Origin: Heterodontus francisci | Lineage: Eukaryota | Reading direction: 5' to 3' | Length of the DNA stretch: 64,000 nt | Assembly: GCF_036365525.1 (NCBI RefSeq) | Contig: NC_090385.1 | Location: 63,434,170 to 63,498,169 of the forward strand | Shown here: in pieces, positions 1-11,049 of the stretch | Position numbering within the stretch: position 1 is the first letter of the stretch | How the letters are laid out: each line of letters opens with the position of its first letter | Position numbers and translations under genes: made by a program | Notes under the pieces: generated by a model | Databases searched by the model: none | What the model was told of the DNA's origin: nothing | The model's input: only the letters and a program-made list of their open reading frames with translations

Positions 1-1025
1 TCCGCCACTTCCACCACATCCAGCATGATGCCACTACCAAACGCATCTTTCCCCTCCCTTCCCCTGTCAGCATTCCGAAGGGATCATTCCCTCCGCGACA
101 CCCTGGTCCACTCCTCCATTACCCCCACCACCTAGTCCCCTTCCCACGGTACCTTCCCCTGCAATCACAGGAGGTGTAATACCTGCCCATTTACCTCCTC
201 TCTCCTCACTATCCAGAGCCCCAAACACTCCTTTCAGGTGAAGCAGCGATTTACTTCTTTCAATTTAGCATACTGTATTCGCTGCTCACAATGTGGTCTC
301 TTCGACATTGGGGAGACCAAACACAGATTGGGTGACTGCTTTGCAGAACACCTCCACTCAGTCCGAAAGCATGACCCCGAGCTGCCGGTTACCGGCCATT
401 TCAACACTCCCCGCACCCGCCCCCCCACTGCCCCCAGCTGCTCTCATGCTCACATCTCTGTCCTGGGATTGCTGCAGTGTTCCAGTGAACATCAACGCAA
501 GCTCGAGGAACAGCATCTCATGTACCAATTAGGCACACTACAGCCTACCGGACTGGACATTGTGTTCAATAATTTCAAAGCATGACTGGCCTCGCATTTT
601 ATGTTTAGCTATTTTTTCTTTTTTACTTTTTATTTGTTTTTTTTTTAGCTTGCTTAGTTTGTTTCTGCTGTGCCTACCCACTGTTTCTGTTTTTTTTTGA
701 TGTTTGTGCTTGGAGTGCTTTGTGCTTCACAGTCTATTTACACCCTCTCTGTACTAACGCTTTGTCTTTCAGCACACCATTAACATACCGTTTGCATTTG
801 TTCCATGATCATCTGGTCAGTTATTCTCTGTGACCCTGTATCCTATCAACACCTCTTTTGTTATCTCTTGCCACACCCCCTGCTTTACTTGCTTAAAACC
901 TTTTACATTTCTAATATCTGCCAGTTCTGATGAAGGGTCACTGACCTGAAACATTAACTCTGCTTCTCTCTCCGCAGATGCTGCCAAATCTGCTGAGTAT
1001 TTCCATCATTTCTTGTTTTTATTTA
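1..1025 (+). mobile_element. Penelope-like retroelement, 3' part (degenerate GIY-YIG endonuclease plus terminal repeat)
   Basis: ORF 238..585 AYCIRCSQCGLFDIGETKHRL...EH...HFN is a PLE-type GIY-YIG domain; terminal sequence shared with copies at 41.7 kb and 55.2 kb. Confidence 0.88.
923..959 (+). ncRNA. Minimal type I hammerhead ribozyme motif in Penelope terminal repeat (probably decayed)
   Basis: AGTT-CTGATGA-A-GGGTCACTGACCT-GAAAC-ATT-AACT: catalytic core CUGAUGA/GAAA, stem II hairpin, stem I AGTT/AACT; expected GAAACGTH reads GAAACATT. Confidence 0.7.
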
Positions 1026-1029
1026 TTTT

Positions 1030-1356
1030 CAAACTGTTTGTTCAATTCAGAAAAAAAACAGGTTGCCAAGCAGGCTAGTCACGTGACCAGCTGGTCTGAC
1101 CATGTCTCTTTGTGGATTTGGCTATGCGAGTCATCCTGAAATTTGAGCTCCCTCACCTTCAATGTCTGGTGCTCCAAAGTCCATTGTGGGTTAAATTGAA
1201 TAAGGGAAGTAACCCCCTCTTGTCCCTATTGGTATGCACATGTCTGGCAGCCCTTGTAACAGGCCTTCTCTTCTTCCCAGCAACAATTTGAAATTTAATG
1301 TCCATATGGTGAAATTAATATGCCTCATTCTTGGCAGGTGGAAGCCCAGCATGACA
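1030..1356 (-). mobile_element. Partial LTR, same family as 32118..32958
   Basis: Shares gtgaccagctggtct and tgcctcattcttggcaggtg...gcatgaca terminus with the solo LTR at 32 kb. Confidence 0.65.
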
Positions 1357-1379
1357 CGATGATTTAAGGGGCTTTTGAG

Positions 1380-1795
1380 ATTTAGAATCACAGAATTGTT
1401 ACAGTGCAGAAGGAAGCCATTCGGCCCATTGTGTCCACATTGGCTCTCTGAAAGAGCAATTCCTTCAGTTCCATTCCCCTGTCTTCTCCCCATAACCCTG
1501 CACATTCTTCCTTTTCATATAACTGTCCAATTCCCCTTTGAATGCTTCAATTGAACCTGCCTCCACCACCTACTTAGGCAGTGCATTCCAGAACTTAACC
1601 ACTCACAGTGTGAAAAAGTTTTTCCTGCTGTCACTTTTACTTCTCTTACCAAATACTTTAAATATATGCCCTCTCATTCTCAATCCTTTCACGAGTGGGA
1701 ACAATTTTTCTCGGTCTACTTTGTCCAGAACCCTCATGATTTTGCATACCTCTATCAAATCTCCTCTCAGCTTTCTCTTCAAGGAAAACCGTTTC
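1380..1795 (-). mobile_element. CR1 LINE 3' fragment
   Basis: LRGDLIEVCKIMR..DKVDREKLFPL..RGH C-terminal ORF2 motif plus GGGCCGAATGGC 3' hairpin. Confidence 0.88.
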
Positions 1796-2282
1796 AAGGA
1801 AAACGAGCAAGTTTCTAGCAACGTGTATTTGGCTCAGTTTGGAAACAGACTTACAGGAACATGCTGCAAAGTGTGCGAATAGCAATTGTGTAATAGTTTT
1901 AGATTTTTGAATTTAATGCAGATTCGGCTTTCTCTTACATCTTCTCCACTCTTCTGTGTACCCTGTATTCAAGTTTTACTCTCATTTCTGCTATGGCTTG
2001 ACATTGTTAAAATCATCCATGTTAATCTGGTAAAATATTGATTAATTTTGAAGGTGCAAGACTTGTTATTGGAAGTTTTCCTGCTGAGATATGATGCCAC
2101 TTTACTGGTTGCTTTTAGCGTACTGATTTATGTGCTTTCAAATACTTGGGGAGTGGAAAAAGGAGTAAATCTACTTATTACAAGACAATCTTATTTGAAC
2201 TAATCAAAGGTACATGTAAAACTTGGTCTCCTTAATCAACTTGTGACAGTAACTGACTGCTAAACAATATATTCTGCCACAA

Positions 2283-2710
2283 TAGAATCATAGAAATTTT
2301 AAAACACAGAGAGGCCACTTCGTCCATTGTGTCTGCGCTGGCCGAAACAAAAAGAACCACCCGGCCTAATCCCACTTTCCAGCATTTGGTCCATAGCCCT
2401 GCAGGTTACAGCTCTTCAGGTGCACATCCTGCACCTTTTAAATGTGATGAGGTTTTCTGCCTCTATTACCTTTTAAGGCAGCGAGTTTCAGACCCTACCA
2501 CCTGCCAGGTGAAAACAATTTTTTCTCATCTCCCCTCTAATCTTTCTACCAATCACTTTAAATCTATGCCCCCAATTCACTGACCTCTCTGCCAAGGTAA
2601 ATAGGCCCTTCCCATTCATTGTATCCAGGCGCCTCACAATTTTGTACATTTCAATCAAATCTCCCCTCAGCCTGTCCAATTTTTCCTCATAGCTGCAATT
2701 ATAGAATTGT
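2283..2710 (-). mobile_element. CR1 LINE 3' fragment
   Basis: RLRGDLIEMYKIV...GHRFKV motif; ttctatgattct tail. Confidence 0.85.
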
Positions 2711-2799
2711 TAGCAATAGAATTGCTATTGTGGAGATTCTCTTAGTATATTATTCTCCTGTAACATAACACCCAATAAATATCCCATCAGTTCAAATAT

Positions 2800-3146
2800 G
2801 GGCGGCACAGTGGCGCAGTGGTTAGCACCGCAGCCTCACAGCTCCAGCGACCCGGGTTCAATTCTGGGTACTGCCTGTGTGGAGTTTGCAAGTTCTCCCT
2901 GTGTCTGCGTGGGTTTTCTCCGGGTGCTCCGGTTTCCTCCCACAAGCCAAAAGACTTGCAGGTTGGTAGGTAAATTGGCCATTATAAATTGCCCCTAGTA
3001 TAGGTAGGTGGTAGGGAAATATAGGGACAGGTGGGGATGTGGTAGGAATATGGGATTAGTGTAGGATTAGTATAAATGGGTGGTTGATGGTCGGCACTGA
3101 CTCGGTGGGCCGAAGGGCCTGTTTCAGTGCTGTATCTCTAAACTAA
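2800..3146 (+). mobile_element. HE1-like V-SINE, full length
   Basis: tRNA-like A box (TGGCGCAGTGG) and B box (GGTTCAATT), V-domain core GTGGAGTTTGCA..TTCTCCCTGTGTCTGCGTGGGTT..CTCCGGGTGCTCCGGTTTCCTCCCAC, CR1-derived tail GGGCCGAAGGGCC. Confidence 0.9.
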
Positions 3147-3374
3147 TGTGATAAGGTATCACTGCACCTCAGTTTGCATCATTTGATCATAAGAAGCAGC
3201 TGTCTGCTACAGCTTTTCCATGCTGTAAATGCTATGTAATTCAATGTAATTCACTGCTGGCAAAAGAGAAAACTTTCTATGAATTGAAGAACCTCATTGT
3301 CATAAAAGTCTACCTGTACTTTAACTATACAAGCAGAGACCTGCAGACCATTTGCAGTCAAATTACTATCGTTA

Positions 3375-3836
3375 TTACAGCAGTATTTCTTTAAATACAG
3401 GATTTCTAGTTATTCTTTTACCAAAAACTTTAACAGAACCAAAACTTCTCACTCCTGGAAAAGCTACACAAAGCTGCCCATGTGTACAAACAGGCCTAGG
3501 AATATAAGTACAAATTTGTCAAGCATCTGGCCTTGTGACCTGTTTATCGTCATACAATATGAAAGCCTAATTGGGAACTGTTTTCTCCTGAGTTGAAAAG
3601 GTAGGTTTACATCTGATGGGCTCAATATTATTCGAGGAAATAGTGTTTATTCCTTGAAATCTACCTGTTATAATTTCACCTATCATTGAAGAAAACAGCT
3701 TCCGAACTACCAATCTTGTTCCGTGACAAAGTCCTTGTTTAAGATTCAAGTTTTGTAGCAACATTATAACTGCTCCTTCCTTGAGTCTAAGTTTGTATTG
3801 TTGCATGCCCACTGGAGTTGGAAACAATGGAGTGTA
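3375..3836 (-). mobile_element. Helitron RepHel (PIF1-type helicase) C-terminal fragment, frameshifted
   Basis: KLRLKEGAVIMLLQNLNLKQGLCHGTRLVV; [18 protein letters not shown]; [12 protein letters not shown]; ends ITRNPVFKEILL*. Confidence 0.85.
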
Positions 3837-3841
3837 TAGAC

Positions 3842-4438
3842 CAGGGTTGTCCAACATATGGTCTGTGGGCCAGAATCTGGTCCTCCAAAGGTTTCCAGCC
3901 AGCCCATGGATGTATTTCAGAGATGAGAAATTTTCCATTGCTGCCTTCTTTCAGACCGGTTTTTAAAAACATTGCACTGTCAGTTTCACAGCTGACAGGT
4001 GCTGACATCGGCAACTGCGGTTTCCCAACTTCAGACAGATTTAGGTTTTTTTTTAAAAGTTGGAACCCGCTGGAAAACCCCACAGAGTAATTTCAACAGG
4101 AGAAAAGTTGGGTTCTGCAATTTGTTGTGGGGGCTGGGGAGCAGTCAGGGGAATGGAGAATCCTGTGCACTGAGCCCTGTTGAAATATGCAAGTGTGTGG
4201 ATGTTTGATGAAACCTCTCATGGCCAAATAACCTGCCACCAGCCACAGTCTAGCCTAACACATGAAGAATGGTCATTGGGTGAGGTATTCAAGTGCTGCA
4301 ATCACTATGGAGCCCTGATCAAACAAAAATTGGCACCTACAGGCAAGGAAGGGAGAATAAAGAAGCATGTAGGAAGAAACGAAAATATAAATTAGCCCTA
4401 TCGACCTGATCCCTTCCTAGTGTGGTTGGATGTCCCCA
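3842..4438. mobile_element. Possible hAT/Charlie-like non-autonomous element
   Basis: Starts CAGGGTTGTCCAAC...GTGGGCCAGAATCTGGTCC (Charlie-like end); degenerate inverted match GTTGGATGTCCCCA near 4425-4438; TSD not convincing. Confidence 0.4.
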
Positions 4439-4671
4439 CTATAAAATTGAAACTTCAAGGAGGTTACTGTCTCAGTAATCTTTAATTTTACTTTAAGACA
4501 ATTATTTTGTTAAATTAAGATTTGTAAAGTTGCTTAAAAAATCCTGATGCTGAAAATTGCTATAAGCAATCACTGTACATCACCATAACGCATTTAAAGG
4601 AAGCTGGATAAGTACATGATGGAGAAAGAAATAAAAGATATGCTGATAGGTTTAGATGAAGTTGGGTGGGA

Positions 4672-5047
4672 GGTGGCACAGTGGTAATGTGGTAATTTCA
4701 CTGGACTAGTAATCCAGAGCCCAGGCGAATGCCCAGGGACATGGGTTTGAATCCCACTATGGCAGATCGTGAAATTTGAATTCAATTAATAAATCTTGAA
4801 TTAAAGTAGTTTATTGATGACCATGAAACCATTGTCGATTGTTGTAAAAACCCATCTGGTACACTAATGGGCTTTAGGGAGGGAAATCTGTTATCTACAT
4901 GTGATCCCATACTGAGAGCAATGTAGTTGACTCTTAAAATGCCCTCTGAAAAGGCTTAGCAAGCTGCTTAGTTCAAGGGTTTTTAGGGATGGGCAATAAA
5001 TGCTGGCCTAGCCAGCAATGCCCACATCCCACAAATTAATTAAAAAA
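4672..5047 (+). mobile_element. tRNA-headed SINE sharing its 3' tail with the second LINE family; inserted in an old CR1 tail (about 4590-5125)
   Basis: A box GGTGGCACAGTGG, anticodon-like stem CTGGA-CTAGTAA-TCCAG, B box GGTTTGAATCCC, tail AGGGATGGGCAATAAATGCTGGCC...CCCACATCCC as at 20220-20270 and 36900-36960. Confidence 0.85.
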
Positions 5048-6536
5048 TGGCTTGTGTGGAGCATAAGCATTGGCCTAGATCAGTTGGACCCAATATTCTG
5101 TTTCTCTGCTGTACATCCTGTGTAATAGAATGGATTTTGTATCGTTTTTTAAAAGTAATTTTCAGTTATTTAAAATTGGGTTACTCGCAGATAGAGGACT
5201 AAGCACTGAATAAAAATCCTTATCTTTTGTGAGAAACCCTTTTTTTTAAGCTGTATTCATAAAACTACACCAAGTTACCACTCTTAAATATATCAAGGAA
5301 TAGTTTTAAAGCAAAACTTTTAAAAAAAACTTCTAAAACGTAGCTCAACTGCACTAGTTCAAAGCAAATTACACGTTCGCCAATATGCAAATAAGTTTGA
5401 CGGAAACTTGAGGAAATGTAAACCTTTTCAAACTAGCATAATTTTGAGCACAATTTGCTCGTTGATCACTGATTGCACCCAAAGTGAAAATTCCAGGCCC
5501 AGATATCAGCTCTAGCAGTGTGGAGGGAGGATTGTACTTGGGCTCACAGTCACTGGATGAAGGAGTGAAAAAAAGTGAACCAGTGTTCCTGTTCCTGATC
5601 AGTAGCCAGCAATTTCAGCTGTAAATTGCATAGGTGGATAATGGGTTATTGGTGCTGTACCCTCCCTACAAAAGTCAGATAGTCTTTCCGCATTATCTGC
5701 AAGGTAAGCAGGCTGGTTAGCTTGGACAGGCAATATTCAAGGAATTGGGTATTTCAAAATGAGAATGCATATGTAGTGCGAATTAGTCTCTATGTAGGTG
5801 GAAAAATAGTCAACTCTGGTTTATACATATCTTTAAAAAGCTATTAGATCAATAACCGTCAAGAAAGGGAATGGATTTGTTTGACTCATAGGACTTATGA
5901 AGTGTACAGACAGGGCTGGTGATGAGAGAAGAGCCCGTGTGTGAGAATCGTGGCGATAATAGGTTTTTATTTTGAAGCAAATGGCCTTTCCTATTGCCAG
6001 GCTTTCCTATTCCTGAGTTTAGGATTACATATAAAAAGTGACCACTGGTGAGTTACTAGAGGTCAGCTGGAACGAGCCATGTAATGACTGGATCTTTTAA
6101 CTGATATTTACCCCTTACTTTCAGCACTTTGAGTAGCAGAAAGTGACTCAATTGTATGTAAGCGCCTTGGACATTTTATTATATTAAAGGCACTAATTAC
6201 ATATAAGCTCCTGTTTGCAATTGAGATTTGCTGATGCTTTCTGTATTGCAACCTTGTGCACTTTTGTAAATCATCTGGTTATTTATGTTTCAGTGCATTA
6301 TATGTTTATGCAATTTGTGTCAAGGCAGCAGTTTGTATGGTTGGCAGATATTGCCATATATTAAATATAGTACTGTGCAATTGGTGTTTATGGCAGTGTA
6401 TAAACATCTGCAATATTTAACTTTTTAAGTAGAGAGCGACACTATGCTGCAGTGAGTTGCAGTACTCTTAAACTTACATGAAATTATTTCAATGTTGGTG
6501 AAAGTCAATCCGTAAGCAATTCCTCTATTTTTGTAG

Positions 6537-6695
6537 AATACTGTAACTGGATTACTGCCTGCTAGCCCTGAACAGCAGGATTCTTGGGTCCGTGATAATG
6601 TGTATAGCATTCTGGCAGTCTGGGGCCTGGGAATGGCCTATCGCAAAAATGCTGATCGAGATGAGGATAAAGCAAAAGCTTATGAACTTGAGCAG
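6537..6695 (+). CDS. PHKA1: Phosphorylase kinase alpha subunit, coding exon 2 equivalent
   Basis: ttgtag|AAT...CAG|gtgagt; 159 nt; [53 protein letters not shown] matches the PHKA N-terminal sequence as I recall it. Paralog choice (A1 vs A2) is less certain than the family call. Confidence 0.93.
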
Positions 6696-7479
6696 GTGAG
6701 TAGCTGCACATAATTGGTAGTTCTTGTTACAAAGTCTGTTGGGGGCAGGGTGGGGGAACAACAATGGTCTTATTGGCACCCATAAACTACTAATTTTAAA
6801 AAAAATTTGCCACAACTAGCAGTAGTCAAAAGAACACAAGAAACGAGAATTTATCAGTCAGCAAACCTATCTTCCATGTGCGAGGCTCACCTGGATTACT
6901 TTCATCAACCTCCTGTCTTGGTATTAAACCATATTTTTTTAACCTGCTAAATTGGAATCTGTTCACTATTATTTTATTGCCTCTACCAAACCCTTGTTCA
7001 ATGAAGTGAGTTGTTGTCTCTTTGATTAGTTAACCATTCTTAAGTGTGAACTAATTACTCCTGAAGTTCTGTTCAAATGGAAGTTTCCTTATCTTAATCC
7101 TGTTACTCCAGTTCACTTTTAAATCAAAATCTCAGCCTTCATGTCTTTCAGCCTTTGTTACCTTTATTGGGTAAGTTGTTTTCACTAATGCTCTGCCAGG
7201 CTGCCCCATGGACTATTGTGGAGAACAGGAGCTTTCTGGCAGTGATGGGGTTTTGAGGAAGAGGCAGAGTCGCACAGGCAGAATCAGAGTATAGAAAAGG
7301 TGACCTAAACGTGGTTGTTGAATGGCTTGTGGAATGCCATTAATGGTGTTAGTATGAAACTGCATCTCAGACTGACGCACCCTGCTCAGTAAGGAAATCA
7401 AGAACAAGATTTCCCATCATGAAGTGATTTGTTTGACTCAATACACAAATGTATTGCATTTCGTGAAATTAAATCCAGT

Positions 7480-7790
7480 CAATTAACGAGGTCCCGAGTT
7501 CAGTGCATGGTCTGTGCTGAATTAACTGATCTTGGCTATGGTGATAATGAGGGCAATACAATTGGCCTTGACATCTCTGGGATAATGATAGGGAAAAATC
7601 AACCACGGTTCCTCTGGATGACTATCCAGTGATGCCTGCTGGAAAGTGCACAGACAAAATGAAGGCCAGGTCTGTCTCAACTGTGATGCCTGTGTCTAAA
7701 CAGTCTGCTCACTCAAGGTTCATGTGAAGAATGGCTATATGTAGAAAATTTCTAGAAACCATTAGTGCATCCTGAACAGTACCCTGGCAT
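7480..7790 (+). repeat. Old SINE-like repeat (other copies near 5500-5720 +, 10200-10470 -, 26180-26250 +, 40390-40715 -)
   Basis: Recurring degenerate blocks GGTCTGTGCTGAGTTAGC.. and GAAAA.TCA.CCAGGGTTCCT..TCCTGATCA.TATCCA.TGA seen by eye in several copies. Confidence 0.55.
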
Positions 7791-7811
7791 TGGAAGAAGG
7801 AGATATATATG

Positions 7812-9330
7812 CAGTCTTCTTTGGCCTCCTTGTCTCAAGGTGGTCAGTGGTTTGTGGAGCAGTGCCTGGAGTGGCTATAAAGGCCAATTCTAGAGTGACA
7901 GACTCTTCCACAGGCGCTGCAGATAAAATTGGTTGTTGGGGCTGTTACACAGTTGGCTCTCTTCTTCCACTTCTGTCTCTTTTCCTGCCAACTGCTGAGT
8001 CTCTTCGACTCGCCTCTCTTCAGACCCGCCTTTATAGCTGTCTGCCAGCTCTGGCGATCGCTAGCAACTGACTCACACGACTTGTGGTCAATGTCGCACA
8101 ACTTCATGTCGCATTTGCAGACGTCTTTAAAGCGGAGACATGGATGGCCAGTGGGTCTGATACCAGTGACGAGCTTGCTGTACAATGCATCCTTGGGGAT
8201 CCTGCCATCTTCCATGCGGCTCACATGGCCAAGCCATCTCGAGCGCCACTGGTTCAGTAGGGTGTATATGCTGGGGATGTTGGCCACCTTGAGGACTTCT
8301 GTGTTGGAGATACGGTCCTGCCACCTGATGCCAAGGATTCTCCGGAGGCAACGAAGATGGAATGCGTTGAGACATCACTCTTGGCTGACATACGTTGTCC
8401 AGGCCTCGCTGCCGTAGAGCAAGGTATTGAGGACACAGGCTTGAAACACTCGGACTTTTGTGTTCCGTGTCGGTACGCCATTTTCCCACAGTCTCTTGGC
8501 CAGTCTGGACATAGCAGCAGACGCCTTTCCCATGCGCTTGTTGATTTCTGCATCGAGAGACAGGTTATTGGTGATAGTTGAACCTAGGTAGGTGAACTCT
8601 TGAACCACTTCCAGACCCTGGTCGCCGATATTGATGGATGGAGCATTTCTGATGTCCTGTCCCATGATGTTTGTTTTCTTGAGCCTGATGGTTAGGCCAA
8701 ATTCGTTGCAGGCAGCCGCAATCCTAGGAGTCTCTGCAGACACTCTTTCGTGTGGGATGTGCAGCATAGTCAGCAAAGAGGAGTTCCCTGATGAGGACTT
8801 TCCGTACTTTGGTCTTCGCTCTAAGACGGGCAAGGTTGAACAACCTGCCATCTGATCTTGTTTGAAGGAAAATTCCTTCTTCTGAAGACTTGAACGCATG
8901 TGAGAGCAGCAGTGAGAAGAAGATCCCAAACAGTGTAGGTGCGAGAACACAGCCCTGTTCCACGCCACTCAGGATAGGAAATGGGTCTGATGAGGCGCTG
9001 CTATGCTGAATTGTGCCTTTCATATTATCATGGGTTGAGCTGATGATACTTAGTAGCTTTGGTGGACGTACTATCTTTGCTAGTAGTCTGAAGATACCAC
9101 GTCTGCTGACGAGGTCAGAGGCTGTGGTGAGATCTATGAAGGCAACGTCGAGGGGCATCTGTTGTTCGCGGCATTTCTCCAGTAGCTGGCCAAGGGAGAA
9201 CAGCATGTCAATGGTGGATCTCTCTGCTTGAAAGCCGCACTGTGTCTCAGTTTAGCATGCTCAGCCAGCTTCTGGAGTCTGTTTAAAACGATTCGAACGA
9301 AGACTTTCCCCACAATGCTGAGCAGTAATG
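7812..9330 (-). mobile_element. RTE-clade LINE, 5'-truncated, frameshifted RT
   Basis: SGVEQGCVLAPTLFGIFFS; RELLFAD; FTYLGS; LLYGSEAWT; RWLGHVSRMEDGRIPKDALY; C-terminal CSACGRVCHSRIGLYSH. Confidence 0.92.
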
Positions 9331-9766
9331 TATGACTTTCCCCCAGTTTTTCCAGTGGGGAGTGGCTTATGAAAAAGAATCTCAAAACTTAATGCTTAGA
9401 AATTGAGTGGGAATACATTGTATTTAAAATAGAGAAAAATACATTTTAAAATGGTGCAGCACAAGTTTTGGTATGCTAGAATTTTCTGTGTAGTTAAATT
9501 ATTTTGAAGTGAATCTGTGTACTTTTGAATTTCTATTTCAGTTTATCATCCTCATATGCTGTCAGTGCTAAAGTTCCTCTATATTGGATCTGCCAAAGTG
9601 GTTGTAACTTAATCTGTGAACAGTGTCATCTCTGAACAGTTTGAAAATGTCATGTGAAAGCCGAGGTGGATATAACAGTGCCAAAAAAGGGCTGCTGGAG
9701 GGTTATGGCCTGGTAGGAATTGCTGACTCCATGTAAACATGTACTGGTTTTTATTTCATCTTGCAG

Positions 9767-9814
9767 AGCGTGGTGAAGCTGATGCGGGGGTTGCTGCACT
9801 GTATGATGAGACAG
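9767..9814 (+). CDS. PHKA1: PHKA exon 3 equivalent
   Basis: ttgcag|AGC...CAG|gtacac; 48 nt; SVVKLMRGLLHCMMRQ, in phase with neighbours. Confidence 0.93.
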
Positions 9815-10698
9815 GTACACAACCATTCCAGATTTCACATCAGATCCTTTGGTTGCGGAGTAATTAGTCACGTTTATCACTTCAAATTATTTTGAGTCTT
9901 ACATTGGTCCTTGCAGCATAACGGGACTGAATACCTAAATAACAATTGTAATGTTTCACTAACTTAAGATATATTACTGAATGTTCAAATATTATTTACA
10001 TCTTTAAAAAAAAAAATCACCAGATTATGAAATCTGCTGAGTTTTTATGTGTTCTGTTTAAAATGCATTGTGTAAAATGACTTAACTGGTAGAATTTTAA
10101 CACTGAATCTTGATTTGAAATTTATGAGCCCTTTAGTTTGAATTTGGAGGCGAACTTGTGGAGTGGCTTGACGTAAGAAATTTTAGCATAGTGTCATGGC
10201 CTGGAGAGGTGATTAGCTAGGTTGACTAGTAGGGCATCAGTTTTCTCGCATCTCCTGAAGACATGGTTCTGTGTACACATTAGCTTACACAAGTAGTTAT
10301 TCTTCATGTCTGAGGCTACATAGAGGGTTCGACAGACCTTTTGACAATGGGGAACTTGACATTTGGTTCTCACCTGGTATTCGCGCACACATTTTCTATG
10401 AGTCATTGGATACTGATCAGGAGAAGGAACCCAGTCTGAATTTTCTCCCCCTCCCCAAACCTGATTGGATATGAAGCTCATTCTAGTAGCACAGCTGCTA
10501 TCTGTTGCAGTCTGCTTCTGAGGCAGAGTTTCCTCCTGAATTTTTAGGTCCAACACAAAACATGCGCAGTTGATTCGTCTCAGTAGGTATGCAGAGAGGA
10601 AATCTTCCCTATGATGTTTTTGGGGTGAGTGTAGTATATCAAGATTGGCCAATCTATAGTTTATTGCTGATGACAGTACAATTCTTTTACATACATAG

Positions 10699-10867
10699 AT
10701 GGATAAAGTTGAAAAATTCAAGCACACCCAGAGTACAAATGATGCCCTTCATGCAAAGTATAACAATGGAACCTGTGCTACAGTGGTTGAAGATGATCAG
10801 TGGGGTCACCTGCAGATTGATGCTACCTCTCTCTTTCTGCTTTTTCTTGCACAGATGACTGCTTCAG
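10699..10867 (+). CDS. PHKA1: PHKA exon 4 equivalent
   Basis: acatag|ATG...TCAG|gtaagg; 169 nt; [56 protein letters not shown](G); ends in phase 1. Confidence 0.94.
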
Positions 10868-11049
10868 GTAAGGAGAACTAAGCAGGATTGCTCCAAAACA
10901 CGGGCAGACTGTTAGCCAATTTCAAATTATTGGTGATGATTCTAGTTTGCCATTAAGTCTATCTGACAATTACATTTCTCAGTAATGTATATAATTAATG
11001 GTTTGGATCACAGTTGCTTAAAAGTTGTGTGAACTCACTTCCTTCATAT

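Noticed and set aside
2800-2875. tRNA genes (also 4672, 39800, 50620, 57700)
   Set aside because: A and B boxes run into SINE bodies with no complete cloverleaf; these are SINE heads.
1-6536. PHKA exon 1 (MRSRSNSGVRLD...) or promoter/CpG island
   Set aside because: Not found by eye; the region is repeat-derived or AT-rich, so it is probably upstream of the window.
10589-10881. ORF-track ORFs 10699..10881 and 40139..40357 as standalone small genes
   Set aside because: They are PHKA exons read through into intron; splice sites are canonical.
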